Below, one piece after another: positions 10,430-24,200 of a DNA stretch of 64,000 bases. The DNA lies in assembly GCA_028023455.1 (NCBI GenBank), contig JAQFVV010000003.1:14942001-15006000 (forward strand), in the 5' to 3' direction. Position 1 is the stretch's first letter. Each line of letters begins with the position of its first letter. The DNA is from Epiperipatus broadwayi (lineage: Eukaryota; Animalia; Onychophora). The notes under the pieces were generated by a model. The model had not been told where the DNA came from, searched no databases, and saw only the letters and a program-made list of their open reading frames with translations. The translations under genes were made by a program, and so were the position numbers.

Positions 10430-10900
10430 TATTGCCAAAATATTTTTAGACTATGTTTTTTAGATTTTTTCATTTTCATCATAGTCTGTGGTATTTTTAG
10501 ATAGGACTTTTCAAAAATACATTCATTTGCTAAGCCGAAATTCCTGCTCCAAACATTGTAATTTTTCCTTATACAAAATAACAATTAAAGACTGCCAGTC
10601 TATAACTTGGCTTTATAAGTGCCCAAAAGCTTTTGCTCAAAAATGGTAAAAAAAAAAAAAGTATTGGTGGAAAACTATTGCATGTGTAAACAAAGTTGTA
10701 AACGTGCTTTCACAAACCCAAAATCCCATTATCATATTTAGTGCAAATACATAATATATAAATAACCACTTCATCTAAAACATTAGCAATTTTATCCCAA
10801 AGCTAGCATGAAATATTTTCATCACATAGAGGCAAAACTCTCCATACAATAGTGCCACTCAGTGCTTGTGTAAGCATAAAGAATAGTGATCATGTGATGC
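10430..10900 (-). pseudogene. Possible highly decayed hAT (Charlie/Buster-type) transposase fragment
   Basis: Broken minus-strand translations EW-HYC...FAS, NVLDEVV and GFVKARL occur in the order of the Buster/Charlie motifs EW.HC.IHRE.LAS..VL.EVV.IVNF.KAR. Confidence 0.35.
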
Positions 10901-12095
10901 TTGATGATTTAATACTTATTGACTGTTTGCAGTTAACCTTCAAATATGAAGGCATTTCATTTCTGACCATTAGCAAATCTGAGTTCATCATTTGATGACT
11001 ATTTCTAATGTCCTAAAATTACACATGACATTTAAAGTTTACTTATTGATTTTACATTTTTTATGCTAAATCAAATAAAATAATTTTGAAACAATTATGG
11101 AAATGAATATATATGTCAAATCTTAAAAAAAAAAAGATAAAAAAAATGTTCTGTTAATAACTATTTATCTTCAAAAATCTTTTTTTAAAGATATATTTTA
11201 TTTAAATAATAATATTTTTATTAGCCAAAGATAAAACTAATTAATCAATATGCAGCATAGTAGCTTTAATCAGTCAAAAATGTCAGGGAAAGAAATAAAA
11301 AGTAAAACTAATTTAATTTATATGTATAAAATTACTTTGATAACGGTATTTCTATAAATATTATAAGTGATTCCAAATAATTTGTTTTCAGATTACGAAT
11401 TGATAACACACACTTTTAAAGATGTAGGATTATTGAAGATTATAATTAAAAGTAATAATATACATTTGACTTTTATAGGCAGTGGTTCCTTTCTTATGTA
11501 AGTAGTCCATTGTGTAAACTTTAATGTAATTACATTTATATATAAGTAAGAAAAATTATAAATGATTATTGCAGTAATATATTAATGCTTATCTTATTTG
11601 AGTGATCATGTAATATTATATTGAAAATATTTTTATGAAGCACATGTTATTTGAAATATATTTTTAAAACAATGAATGCCATGCAATTAATAATCATTTA
11701 GTAACTAACACATTTTATTCAGCTACCAATAAATACAAATGTATATTTCTTTTTTTAATACTGTTAAACGGAATCATTATTCAACTGCGAGTTGTATAAT
11801 AATAAATAAAAAAATACTGTTAATGAATACTTTTTTTTTTCATACAATATGATTGTAGAATGGGTTGTGCAGTTTCTGTAAATTTTGTGCTTGACATATA
11901 TTTTTTCTTTTGTATTGGAAATACAATTTTATGTCAGATAAAAACTCTGTCACATGATCACCATTTCTTTATCCTTGCACAATCTATTAAAATAGTAGCA
12001 ACTTTCTTTAAACAGGAGTGTCACCCAGAGCAAGATAGAGCAATCAATAGATACCAGAAGACTTGTGCATTTAAATTCCTATATAATGCCTACTC

Positions 12096-12155
12096 ATTCA
12101 ATATTTTCAAATTAATTTATAGCCTATGGCTGTCATCAGTGAGGAGTCTTGATTC
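12096..12155 (-). ncRNA. Decayed type I hammerhead, family B-related
   Basis: Minus strand GACTCCTCA CTGATGA CAGC-CATAG-GCTA TAAA TTAA TT TGAAAAT. Shares CTCCTCA and AGC-CATA.-GCT with family B; GAAA and the stem I 3' strand are eroded. Confidence 0.5.
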
Positions 12156-12329
12156 TCAGAAAAACACACCTAAATATACTCTCCTTTATCTATATTAATT
12201 AACTATAAAGCAATAACTGAATGTACAATAATGTTATCAATCCAAGATAATTTGCTGTACTATACATAATTATAAAAATCTAAACCAGTTTTATATTTAT
12301 ATATTGTGGCGTGATTGGCTTTTTTTATA

Positions 12330-12960
12330 ATTATAATCACCAATTCCTTTTGGCTAGGATTGGTATTAAACTATTAAAATACCACATCTGGAGATATTGG
12401 ATAGGGATTTAAATGCACACATCTTTTGGGATTTATTGATTACTATAGCTTGCACTGGATTGCACTACTGTATGCAGAAAGTTGTTACTACTTTAAGAAC
12501 TGCTTGTATAAGCAAAAGATAAACTAGTCTTAAAGCTTTCTCCAAGATAAAATTCTCTTCAACTTTCTTCCACAGAAAAACAGTAAAAAAGAGAGTACTA
12601 TTCTACTTGGCCATTCAACTGTTGGTTGGAGAAGATGTTATATGTTGTAATGATACAGACATAGAGATATACATTGGTAATGGAAATTCTTCTTCTCCAA
12701 AGACATATATAATCATCAATAAAAGCTTAACTCTTTTTACTAAGCATAGAAAATGAGCAAACATTAGCACTTAATTAAATATAGGCAATAATAAGCAACA
12801 TATAAGTAAGTGATAATCAGCATCATCAGCATTAATTATTAAGAGTCAACATTCATTCTTTGTGACTGGATTTAAAACAACTTAATACAAAATTTCAAAT
12901 TAATCATCATCTAGCCAATCCCAAACTTAGGGCATGTTATAAAAGCAATCATCAATGTTT
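12330..12960 (-). pseudogene. Decayed Penelope-like reverse transcriptase fragment
   Basis: Ordered degenerate motifs on the minus strand: DDCFYNMP (cf. DV.SLYTNIP, ~12930-12953), AFIDDYICLW (cf. RYIDDIF.IW, ending ~12726) and LH.SS..P (cf. YLHY.S.HP, ~12452-12479). Confidence 0.5.
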
Positions 12961-13129
12961 CTTATGCATACAGATATTGTTTGAAATAATAAATATAAAA
13001 AAACCACTGGAGTGGTGATGTGGTCATCAAAAATGCTCTGAGCCAAAATTATATAAAAAAAATAAAAATCAAAAAACAATGCTCTGAGCCAACAGGTAAC
13101 TTGATTGTTCCCACCACCAAGAAACTAAT

Positions 13130-13330
13130 TATCAGAAATATAAATAAATTGAAGCAAGTAGACTTTAAAGATGATTTATATGACTTTAGCACTGTTGAAA
13201 TAATTCTATTAAAGAACCTTTTAATGTCCACACACAAACACACACATATTCATTGCAAATACCATTGCCTGAATTGGCTCCAGAATTACAATAAATTTGA
13301 GATTGTCAATAATTTCATTGGGATAACCTA
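13130..13330 (+). pseudogene. Possible decayed LINE RT fragment
   Basis: VDFKDDLYDFSTVEIILLKNL...LNWLQNY loosely resembles D..KAFD.V.H.ILL.KL...L.WL..YL. Confidence 0.25.
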
Positions 13331-16300
13331 TAAATCTGCTAAATCACAACTGTGTGATAAAATCAGTCACACACATTGATAAATTCATAAAAGTGATAAC
13401 TAGAAGAATGGGCAGAAAAATAATTTCAGAATCTATTTTTTAAACAATTATTTAACAAAATTAAGTAATAAATAATGAAAATTTTAGAAAATGATAATTA
13501 AAAAAAATAATTTTATTAAATTTGTAAGATTTCATATAATACATACATTACTCTCTTCTGATTCTTTTTAATTAACTACAATAATTAAACATTAAAAAAA
13601 AATCACAATAATGAAAAATAATTTAACTTGAAATTTTTTCTTTTCTTTTGAAATAGAGATTGTCCCATACCATTTTGACCCAGTAAAAGTAAAAAAATTA
13701 TATTTTAACTAAAACTATTAAAAAATATTCAATACTTTCAATTTTAATTCCCTATAAAATAACATTTATAAATGTATTAGATATATGTTTTACAATATTT
13801 CATTCTACAATGGATTTTTTCCTCTTTTCTGTTCTTTTATAGTTCTCTTATTGACTGTCATCTCTGGTATATCTTGCAAGTGGTAGTTGGTCAACTTTTT
13901 GGGTTCAGGATTTTTTCTTATTATAGTTTTCTCAATAGTTATTTTATCCATTTAGTTTTCTTTCTTTCTTTTTGTAGCTACAGGTTTTCCATATTTAATA
14001 ATTATTTTCATTTCAACTTAACCTAAGTTGAAACAGCCATGATTTGGGGTAGATCAATACATAAGACTAATTGAAGATTACTCTCAGGGATATTTTCATT
14101 CTCTTACATTCCTTTCAGTAAGATTGGTTACATAATTGGATAAGAAGTGATTAACTTTTAACAAGAGCATAACATATGGTTAATATAAACTCCATAATAA
14201 TATATTGCTTTACAAACATTTTTTACATTAAGATTGAGATTAATTTAACATCATACTCCCAAAATGTGATTTTGATTGCTGACTTTCCACAATGAACTTC
14301 TATTGAATTCCATCATTCACACACTCATTTATTTTCTAAAAAAATTCTGATATCAATTTTCCATCCAATAACATGACTACCTCAGAAATTGCTGCATTAA
14401 GCCTTAACTAATTGATTTAGTTGTTACAAGAAACTTTGATTTCTTAAAAAATACTTTATTTATATGCCCAATTTAAAAAAAATAATAATTAATTTCTTCA
14501 GAGATAAAGACTCTAATCTCTTCTTACTTTTGTTTTTTTAATTGATAAACAACACTTATTTTCTTTAGAAATAAACATTATAATCTCTTTCTCTTTTTTG
14601 TTTTGAAAAATAAAAACATTTTATTTATACATTAATTGAATTTTTTTAAAAATATTTTCAGAGATACTGATTTTAATTCCTTTTTCATATTTTGGAAAAT
14701 AAATTCCAATTATAAAATTAAACTGCCCAAGAGAAATCTCTCTCCTTTTTTTTTCTTTTAAAACCAGATCCAATAAAAACATTAAAATGTCTTAAATTTA
14801 CAACTTAATTTTTATTTAATAACTAGGTTATTCTTCAACTAACATGAGAAGAAATGATTTTTTATTATATATCTTATAAATTAGCCAAAATTAACACACA
14901 CACATATATATATATATATTGTAATGGGCACACATGCTGTTACATTATTTTAATAAATAAAACTAGAAATTAAAAATAAAAAGTTCACAAATAAAAATTT
15001 GCTTTTAAAAATTAAAAATTGAAAATTAAAAGTCATTTAAACTCGTATATATATATAAAATCGCACAGATGGAAAATTATTAAAAGAAAACTTAAAAAAA
15101 AAAGTATTTTAAGACTAAATTTTTAACAAAAACTTAAAGATTTAAAGATAAAAATATATTTTTAAGAATGTACAAAATTTAATTACTATTGTGTAAAAGG
15201 CTAAAAATGGAAATTATTATTTTATAACTAGTCTTAAGTAAACTAGCCCTTGAGCATCTCAAAATTTATAATTAACAATCAGATAGGAGAGAAAAACAAT
15301 AACAGAATAGCCAGTAAAATCCCTCAGGAAACAGACCACAGTGAAAGAATCATCATAATCATGACATCATGTTCAGTTAATCCACAATTTTAATATAAAA
15401 AGAAAAAGATTGGAAATAAAATATTATGTGTGTTATATGTGTTAGTTCCAGGAGAGTTGAAGGAGAAGTGATAGATGCACTTTCAATCCCTTAAGTTTTT
15501 CCAAAGAAAAGAAAAATGAAGTATTGTTTTCTTACATTGCAGACACCAGGGTCCTGCAATAAGATCCTGCAAAGAGCTATACCACCTAGAGCAAGGACCT
15601 CTGGATGAATACCAATAGAATGGCTAACAGCATACCAGTCTCTCCAGGATGTCATGGAAATTAGAAACAACACAGGATCAAAATTACAAGCATCTAAAAA
15701 GTATGGACTTTCTTATTAAAATTGTAAGAACTCTAAATAACTAATAAGCTTTAACTATAAAACTTTTCCAGTATTTAAATAGAAATATAAATGCCTATCT
15801 GATCAAACTAAATCATTTATTAATAATTATTTTTATTATATGTATTTTTAAATCATTTCCATTAATTTTTTTGGTCTCTTGAGCATTTATTATGATTTTT
15901 TTTTATTAAGCTAAAACTTTTAAATTATGTTAAATTTAAGTTGGGTGTGGATGGTGCATAGATTTGTAAAGTTATCTTAGTTTAAGGTAGGGTAAATCTT
16001 AGGCTATTTGTTTCGCAGTTAGATTGGGTCAATGGATTGGATGTATTGGTGTAATTAGTAAATGTAGCATGAAGATCCACTATGTGCAGGATCACATTAT
16101 ATGCCACACTTGGGAAAAATGAGCCTATGTCTTATTGATCATTGGAGTCAGACAGTATTCCCTGCAACTTGGGTCACCCCTTTAACCTATGGAATGGGAT
16201 CATAACTTGGCAAAAAGGACTGTAATGCCTTCCTGTGGAGATTTTTATTCTTATTGCCAGACAGATGAAGTATTCCTGTACTGGATGAGAGTCATTTCTT

Positions 16301-16915
16301 CTAGATAACCATGCTGTTCAGATGTACCTTCCTGACAGTATGGTATTGTGCTGTCATATTCATGTTGCATTGAATACATTGATATATCAGACAGATTGGC
16401 ATTAGTTTGACTGCGAACTTTTGGCCTAGGGTTAAATAAGGGATATAGAATATTTTCTTTTTCAAATGCAATCTATGTAGTCTATCCATACTCGACACTA
16501 ATAAAAAATTAATCCATCTGAGCGAACTTCTAAAATAAAAAGTTAAAATGTAAATTAAATTCTAAAGTAAAAGTTATACTAAAATAAATAATTCTGAATT
16601 TTATATGTGTGCAAAATAAATGTTTCTGTGTAGCAGTGGCTTATTTTCTTTTTCTTTTAATTTTTAATTTTAAAAATTATCTCTGCTGCTCCATGAGCTA
16701 GTGACTGGAGCATTTCAGTCATATTTATAAAATAAAAATTGGATCTTAACAGTGATTATCTGCCTACTATATAAATTTTCCAGGTTCGAATGGCCTGGTG
16801 GCACCCTTGTACAGCAGATATTGTAAGACTCAATACATCCGACCATTATAATATATATATATAAAACCAAAACTGTCTAACACTATACTAACAAAAATAA
16901 AAATGCAAAACCATA

Positions 16916-17027
<112 letters not shown>

Positions 17028-19942
17028 AACTGATGACTATGACAGAAATGAATACATTTTGTTTCTATATAGATCAAAACTTATGTAGTTTAGTGCACTG
17101 ATAGAGTCTGACATTTCTTATGAACTTAAAAGCAATAAAGTTATTCAACTATATATTTATTTTTTAAGCAGATATACTGAAATTTATATAGATTTATTTT
17201 TAATAAAATACAGAACAATTTTAAAGAAAGTATTTTAAAATTCTTAGAAACCCTTTCATAAATAAAATCAGTATAGATAAAATTAAAACTTGACTTTTTC
17301 TGCTTTCATTAGGCAAATGTTTTCAACAGAAGATATTTATTCTATTCATTCTATTTTATTGATTACACAAATTTACATTAGATGGCTCTGAAGTAGAGTA
17401 AAAAATGAATATCTGCTCTTAAAGCATTATAAATCTAAAATGACAATGTAATTTTTTTTTTTGATTAAGCTTTTTCTAGAATATACATTTTAACTGCCAT
17501 TTCCATTACCAAAATGCAATGATTAAAATCAAGTATAAAAAACATTGCAGAAATGGTGATCAAAATGTCATCTTCACTCTAAAAAGCATTTTTCTTTTTT
17601 CAAGTCCAATTTAAATTAGTTTTAAATTCCACTTTCTTTATAAAAAGAACATTTCTAGATGCATTATTATCTCTGATCATCATTATATCAATGTACTTTC
17701 ATTACCCCAGCATGTTCCCCAGAAAATTGCATGACTTCTTATATATTAATAGTATATGTTTCAAATAGTAAAATAGCTAAATTTGATAATAAAATAATGT
17801 AATAATTAATTTACACTAATTATAAAATAAATAAAATTGTTAGTTATATATTTGCAATTACTATAAAATCATAAAATAAATAAAATACAAAATGTTGAAA
17901 TTAACAAACATTAAATTTAAATGTAATTATGAATATGAAGAAATCTTACTAATTATTCATATATAAATGAAAATTTTTACCCATATAATAAAAAGATGTT
18001 ACCATGTTTTTTGTTGACATCATAAGCTTAGATTCTACATTTCCCACACCACATTGATAATAATCTTTATAAATTCAGTCTTCATTTTAATTAATGTTCT
18101 TGGGCATTAATGGCTGTTGACAAAAAAAAATAGGTCTTACTAAAGGCAGATACACGGCAGATCTTAGACAGTTCTCTTCTTTTCTTATAGCATTGTTTTT
18201 TTTTGTAAGCATGCAAAATTTGTGTTTTCTATGCACAACCAATGGTCATATCTGAATAGAACTACATAGTTCCAGGTTTTCAAATTAAAGTGCATTGGAT
18301 TGTTTAATTGCATATAATAGTTTTTTGGTAGCAAATATTGTTATAATTGCCGAATTTACTATTGAAAAATACTTTTTTAAATGGTCAGACATTAATCAGC
18401 AATAGTAATCTGTAGAAAAGTATTTTAACTAGAAGTTTTCTTTTCTATTAGAGGTAAAGTTATAACATTGCTGCATCAGCTTTATTCTTTGGCTGATTAT
18501 AGTACTTTGTCTTTTCTGCTTTCTTGTTGGTACCAACCACTTCACTTTTCCATTGACATTATTTCTCTTTTCCCCAAATCAAAATGGTTGCACAATTAGA
18601 AACTGGTATGAAAATGAAAAAGATAAAAAAAAATTGTTTGATAGGGCAGAAACTGCATTAAATGCTGACACCAGTCCCTCACCTTGGTTGAAGAACATTA
18701 AAACTTATTACTATATTGAATGTAAAAGGTGTGTATGTATGCACATATGTATGTTTGTGAATTGATGAATGAATGGATAAATAACTTTGATAAACTAGAG
18801 ACCATTTAATGAAAATCAAATTAACAATATTTATTTACAAACAAAATAAAAAATTGAAAAACTCTTTTAGCAAAAAAAATAATTATATACATGTGTGTAT
18901 GTCAAGTATGTATCCCTAACATATTAATGATTAAATATGTTTATTATTCCAACTCTTCCCATGGTAGGTATACATAAACACACTCTATTTACAAAACAGA
19001 TAAGAGTAATGAACAGAAAAAGTATTAATTGAATGTTACAATGATCATGAAACTAATGAACAAGATTATATGAAGGTGTGTACAATAGCTTCATAGTCTA
19101 ATTCCAACTGTATAGGTTCCATCTTTTTTGAGGACCCTCTTGACTATATATAAGTTTGATAGGAAAGAACATTACTGTAGGAATATTAGTCATTCATACT
19201 GAATAAACAATTATAAACAATCAATACTTAACAAAAAATAAACAAATAAACAACACAAACTCTGTCCTGTAGCAAGTACATGTTTTTAATATGCAATATC
19301 AAATAAAATCTTATCTTTATTCCATATTGTAGTAAGGATGATGATAATATCTAATGTCATGTCACTATCAAAGAAGAGTTAACCTAACTTTTATTCAATA
19401 GAGAAAAAAAAGAGTTGTCTAACGTAATCTTCCTCCCTGCACTTTCTTGACTTCAACTACAATGGACTCTTCCAAAATAAAATAAAATAATTACAGAATT
19501 TTACAAACATATATGTAAAATAAGACAAAAAGACTACACAACAAATTAAGACTTTCTTCAAGTTTTTTTTGCACAATGTTCATGAATTAGGCAACTAATG
19601 TTTTTGATAGATAGAGATCATCATTGTTCCAGTCATTCTTCTATGGCAAGTCATGCATTACTAATGGGGACTCCTCAGTGATATATTTGGAATGACATTA
19701 TTTCCATATGTTGTTTTTGTTCGGTATCCATCTAGATGTTTAAGACAGGGCATTGGATGTTTCAGCAGGCATTACACCATTGAATAATAAACCATCGTAC
19801 TTCATATGGTCAGGGCTGATAACAGTTTAGCCCTATGACACTACTGAATTAGTGAGAGTACATTGTTTGCAGTTCATAAACAATTAAAATTTTCTTAATT
19901 CAGTGTTTGAGTTTAATAATTTTTATAAAAACAAAATTATTT

Positions 19943-19945
<3 letters not shown>

Positions 19946-20005
<60 letters not shown>
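19946..20005. repeat. (TA)n microsatellite
   Basis: TA run seen directly. Confidence 0.97.
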
Positions 20006-20006
<1 letters not shown>

Positions 20007-20741
20007 CTATGCTGATGATGTTCTATTTTGTTATTTTTTCATATTTGAAGAATAGAATGAGATTCTTACTTGAAATATCTATTTCAATCAGTTCAATTAT
20101 TTTATCCAACTGCATAAATCTATTAAAATTATTTGTTTTTGTTTAAATATCAGGGGCAGTTTCTTGCAATTTGCATTACAGAGATTGAGAAAATGATTTA
20201 GAATGTTTGAATAAGTCATTCACATTCTCTAGATTCGAGCATTCTATTTTCTAATGTAGTTGTTATTCAGCTATTGCATTGTTTGAAAATAATAAAAAGT
20301 GATGGAAATGAACTGGGTTTGTTTTTATACTGGACTTGGTTTCCATTGTTTAGTATACTCACATTTTATTTTATTTTTCATCATTGTGTGAGCCCTATTG
20401 TTGCATGTATTATATTAATTGTAAGTTAAATAAAATTATGTAGTAAAATTACACTTTCATCTTCTGCATTTGGTTACCAAGTGACTGGTTTGACATTAGG
20501 TCATTACTATGTTTACTTAGTCTAAGTCTTGTATAATGATGTACAATACACTGACTTTGAAATCATTGTTTGTATACATATATATTAATCATAATCAAAG
20601 AATCAAGTCAAATATAACATGACATTGCTTTCATGAATCTTGCATTTACAAAAATGTAATACAGAGAGTGTACTAGTAGCTCCAACAAGCTCTTAATTGA
20701 TAATGCTGTAAAAGAAAATATTTAAAATCTCTATCTGGAAC

Positions 20742-20803
20742 ATTCTTATCCACAGACCAATTAGTTTCAAGCTTATGGCTCACCTCAGTGAGGAGCTAGA
20801 ATA
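20742..20803 (-). ncRNA. Type I hammerhead motif, family B (U9 variant)
   Basis: Minus strand ATTCT-AGC-TCCTCA CTGAGGT GAGC-CATAA-GCTT GAAAC-TAATTG-GTC TGTGGA-TA-AGAAT. Confidence 0.7.
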
Positions 20804-21162
20804 TTCAGACACTAGATCTAAAATATCAACTCAAAACCCAGCACTTATTTCATGCGTAATATTTAAGTAGAAACTCTGAAGTTTTCAAACATGAAAATGT
20901 TTTTTACTCCAGCTATCTAACTTAAATAGTTATATGGGACTGAACCAAATTCAGATCTACAATATATTAATAGTCTCAGCATAGCCAAAGCCATAAAGGT
21001 AAAAATTATAATAATCAATAAAGCAAGTCATATATAATGTGACATTGCTTTTATAAGCTTGTATTTATAAAAATGTAATACAGAGAGTGTACCAATAGCT
21101 CAAACAAGCTCTTAATTGATAAGTGCGGTAAGAGAAAATATTTAAAAATCTCTATCCAGAAC

Positions 21163-21223
21163 ATTCTTATCCCCAGACAAATTGGTTTTGAGCTTATGGC
21201 TCACTTTATTGAAGAGCTAGAAT
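21163..21223 (-). ncRNA. Decayed type I hammerhead motif, family B
   Basis: Minus strand TCTTCA ATAAAGT GAGC-CATAA-GCTC AAAAC-CAATTT-GTC TGGGGA; core eroded. Confidence 0.55.
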
Positions 21224-21262
21224 ATTCAGATCACTTTATTGAGGAGCTAGAATATTCAGATT

Positions 21263-24200
21263 TCTTTTTAATTAGGGTTTTCATTTTTCTGGTAGATAAG
21301 TGAAACTAATCTATCATTATATTTCTTGAATATAGTGAAAAATAAACATTTGTTGCATCTATATATGTGTGTGAGTTTATTTACTCCATAAATAAAAATA
21401 CATGCTCAACCATCTAATAAATAAATTTACATTATAAATGAGTTTGATTTGGTGGTAAGAGTGAACAAAGAGTAGATTGTGAGCTACTCTTACATTCCCC
21501 CTATTCTTACAGGGTTACAATTTTAAGTTATTATTAAAATTTTAACACTTACTTGGAATGTATGCCTTTGATTTAACATTGGATTGTTTAATCAAAAAGA
21601 ATTATAAACCCCATTTATTCCAATTCCTACTAACTACTGATTCCTCTCTATATCCCTACTTCTTTCCAGTTTCTTGCTTTATAACTTGTGTCATAGTGAA
21701 AGGAGATTTATATATGGGTTCTTTTTTATTATTATCATAATGGTTGTATGGTATGAGATTAACTGGTAATGTGTCTCCATTACAGATGATACACAGTCAA
21801 ACTTGTTAGCTTTTACCCCACTCTTTTTTGAGGCTTATTGGGTTTTCTTAAGGACTAACTAAATGTTGGAGTGTCCATAATTCTGTATGGATCAGCTTCT
21901 AAGTTTCAGTTGACTGTAAAGTATCCCAGTAATTGCCTTTATAATTACATGGATATACATTTATGATATATTAATGACCCTACTTTTTTGTAATATTATC
22001 TCACTTTCCTTTCTAAGTCTAATTGAGACTTATGTCTATCCTTTCTGGTTTATAAGTTAAGCATACCTACTCAGTGGTCACTCTGACCAAAATAAGGTTT
22101 TAAATTGCATGTGTTATACATTTCCACTTGTATCCAAAATGCATTAGGACCAGATTGTTTCATGCTAATGAATGGGCTCTCATATTGGTTATAAAATTTT
22201 TGGCATTTCCTTTCATTAGTTTACTTATATGGGATGTTTGAATGAATTCTTTGTCCACTATATTGAAGTTGTGGGCCCTCCCTTTTTGTTTTTTGTTGTT
22301 TCTCACAGATTTGTTTGTTAGTTGCTCAAATACTTTTAATATGTATCTTTCCATGTCAAATTTAGCACATTTAACTGGGGGTTGATATTTGCCAAATAAC
22401 ATGGAAATAGGTTGGTTGAAATGTAGTCTAATAAGAGTGAATCCAGTCAATTCACTTACATTTCAATTGAAATAATTGACTACGCACTCCATTTGCCTTA
22501 CCCACCCCTTATGCTCATTCTCTAGGTAAGTCCTGAACAAATGTCTGAGCTCCTGCATTATACATTTGAAAGGGTTCCACTGTGGATTCCTAATGAATGT
22601 ATGATTTGAGATTTTTCTAGACATTTTTTTTATTCTTTGGATAGGAAAGACATACCATGGTCTGTTAGTATGGTCTTGGGCTTCCCTATCTTTGTGTCTG
22701 GTATTAGCTTGGGATATTGGGTAAGCCAAAACATATTTTGAGAAGAGATTGTAAGTGACCAATAAGTACTTATTTGTTAAATGGGGATAATGGTCCATAA
22801 TAGTCATCAGCTAAGATCTTATTTGGTCCTTTGTGTTTGATTGATTCTAAAGTAATACTGTAATTTTGGTTTACTGGCTTGGCTTGTAAGCAAGTTAGAC
22901 AATCTCAAAGTGACTTTAAGATGTCTATATACATCCTTGGCCACTGAAACCAAATTCTCAAAGTGTGTGCTGTTTTATAGGCACCAAAGTGTCTGTATAA
23001 ATTAGATATAGAGTGGGACATGCAATATTTTAGGTATTCATACTCTCCACTCATCTTTCTCTATATTTACTCTGTAAAATAAGACCTGATTTTCAATCTT
23101 ATAGTAAGTCAGATCCTTTGGCACCTTCAAAACTTTCTCTCCTTTTAAAATTTTTATGATTAGGTTTAAGCTAGTGTCTTCAAATTGAATTGGGATAGAT
23201 TCTCTAAAACATTCTCTACATTACTATTAATCATTAAATTGACTCTTGTAATTTAGGCATTCTCTGCTGATAAATGATTCTCAGATCCCTTACAGTATTG
23301 CATGATGTAATTGAATTCCTGCAACAGCAAACTCCATCTAACTAAATGAATATTTGTCGGGTAGCTGTGATTCAGGAATTCTAGGCTTTTGTGGTCGGTG
23401 ATCACTATCACCACTGATACAAGTAGCATTTGTCAAAACTCAAGGTCCACACTATTGCTAGTGCTTCCTTTCTAGTAACCATGCAATTTATTTTTGGACC
23501 CTTCAGGATCCAGCTGATAAAATAGAGGACCCCAGGCTGGCCATCCACCTGGATCTGGGATAACATCACCCTTAATCTGAAAACACTACTATCTGTTTGG
23601 ACAATAAATGGCTTATTAAAATTAGGGAAGGCTAACATGGCCTGCTGTAAGAACCCTGTTTTAATAGTTGCAAATACCTTGATCTGTTCCTTGGTCTAGC
23701 TCTATTACTTATCTTTTCTAATTAGTTTTAATGATGGTTCCATGTGGTCTGAGAACTTCTGGTAGAAATGATTGTAAAAGTAACACAGGACTAAAATGAT
23801 CAAATTTATGTTTTGTTGGTTGGTTTGGGAAAGTTTTGAATGGTACTGATCTTCTCTGGATGAGGCTTTAATCCCATTGCAACCAACGATATGACTAGGA
23901 AGACTATCTGGCTTGAAACTAGAGTAGTTCATTTTAATCCCTTTTTGTAACATTCTTCAAAAAAATAGCTAGATGTTGAAGATGTTCTTCCATTGTGACA
24001 GATGCAATGATCATATCATCCATATGAATAATCATAATCTGTTTAACCTCAGGAGATATGGTCTTATCTAAACATCTAATCAAACTAGTACCATTATTTA
24101 TCAATCTAAAGGGCATACTATTAAACTGATATGTAAAATGCTCATATTGAAAGGCAGTGTATTGGTGATCATCAGGATGGAGTTCAATCTGACAATAGCT

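Larger units (their letters stand above)
20587..21262 (-). mobile_element. Retrozyme-like tandem repeat (family B), ~420-bp unit x ~1.6, ending in a 30-bp local duplication
   Basis: CAAGTCA recurs 420 bp apart (ending 20610 and 21030). Each unit has an HHR-like motif. CACTTTATTGA(A/G)GAGCTAGAATATTCAGAT is duplicated at the right end. Confidence 0.8.

Noticed and set aside
15420-16500. GC-richer blocks that could be host exons
   Set aside because: Stops in all frames and no recognisable domain or splice pattern; probably old retroelement debris.
18553-18765. ORF with a faint resemblance to a pogo/Tigger HTH (TIRNWYENEKDK)
   Set aside because: Too short and weak; no TIRs or DDE domain nearby.
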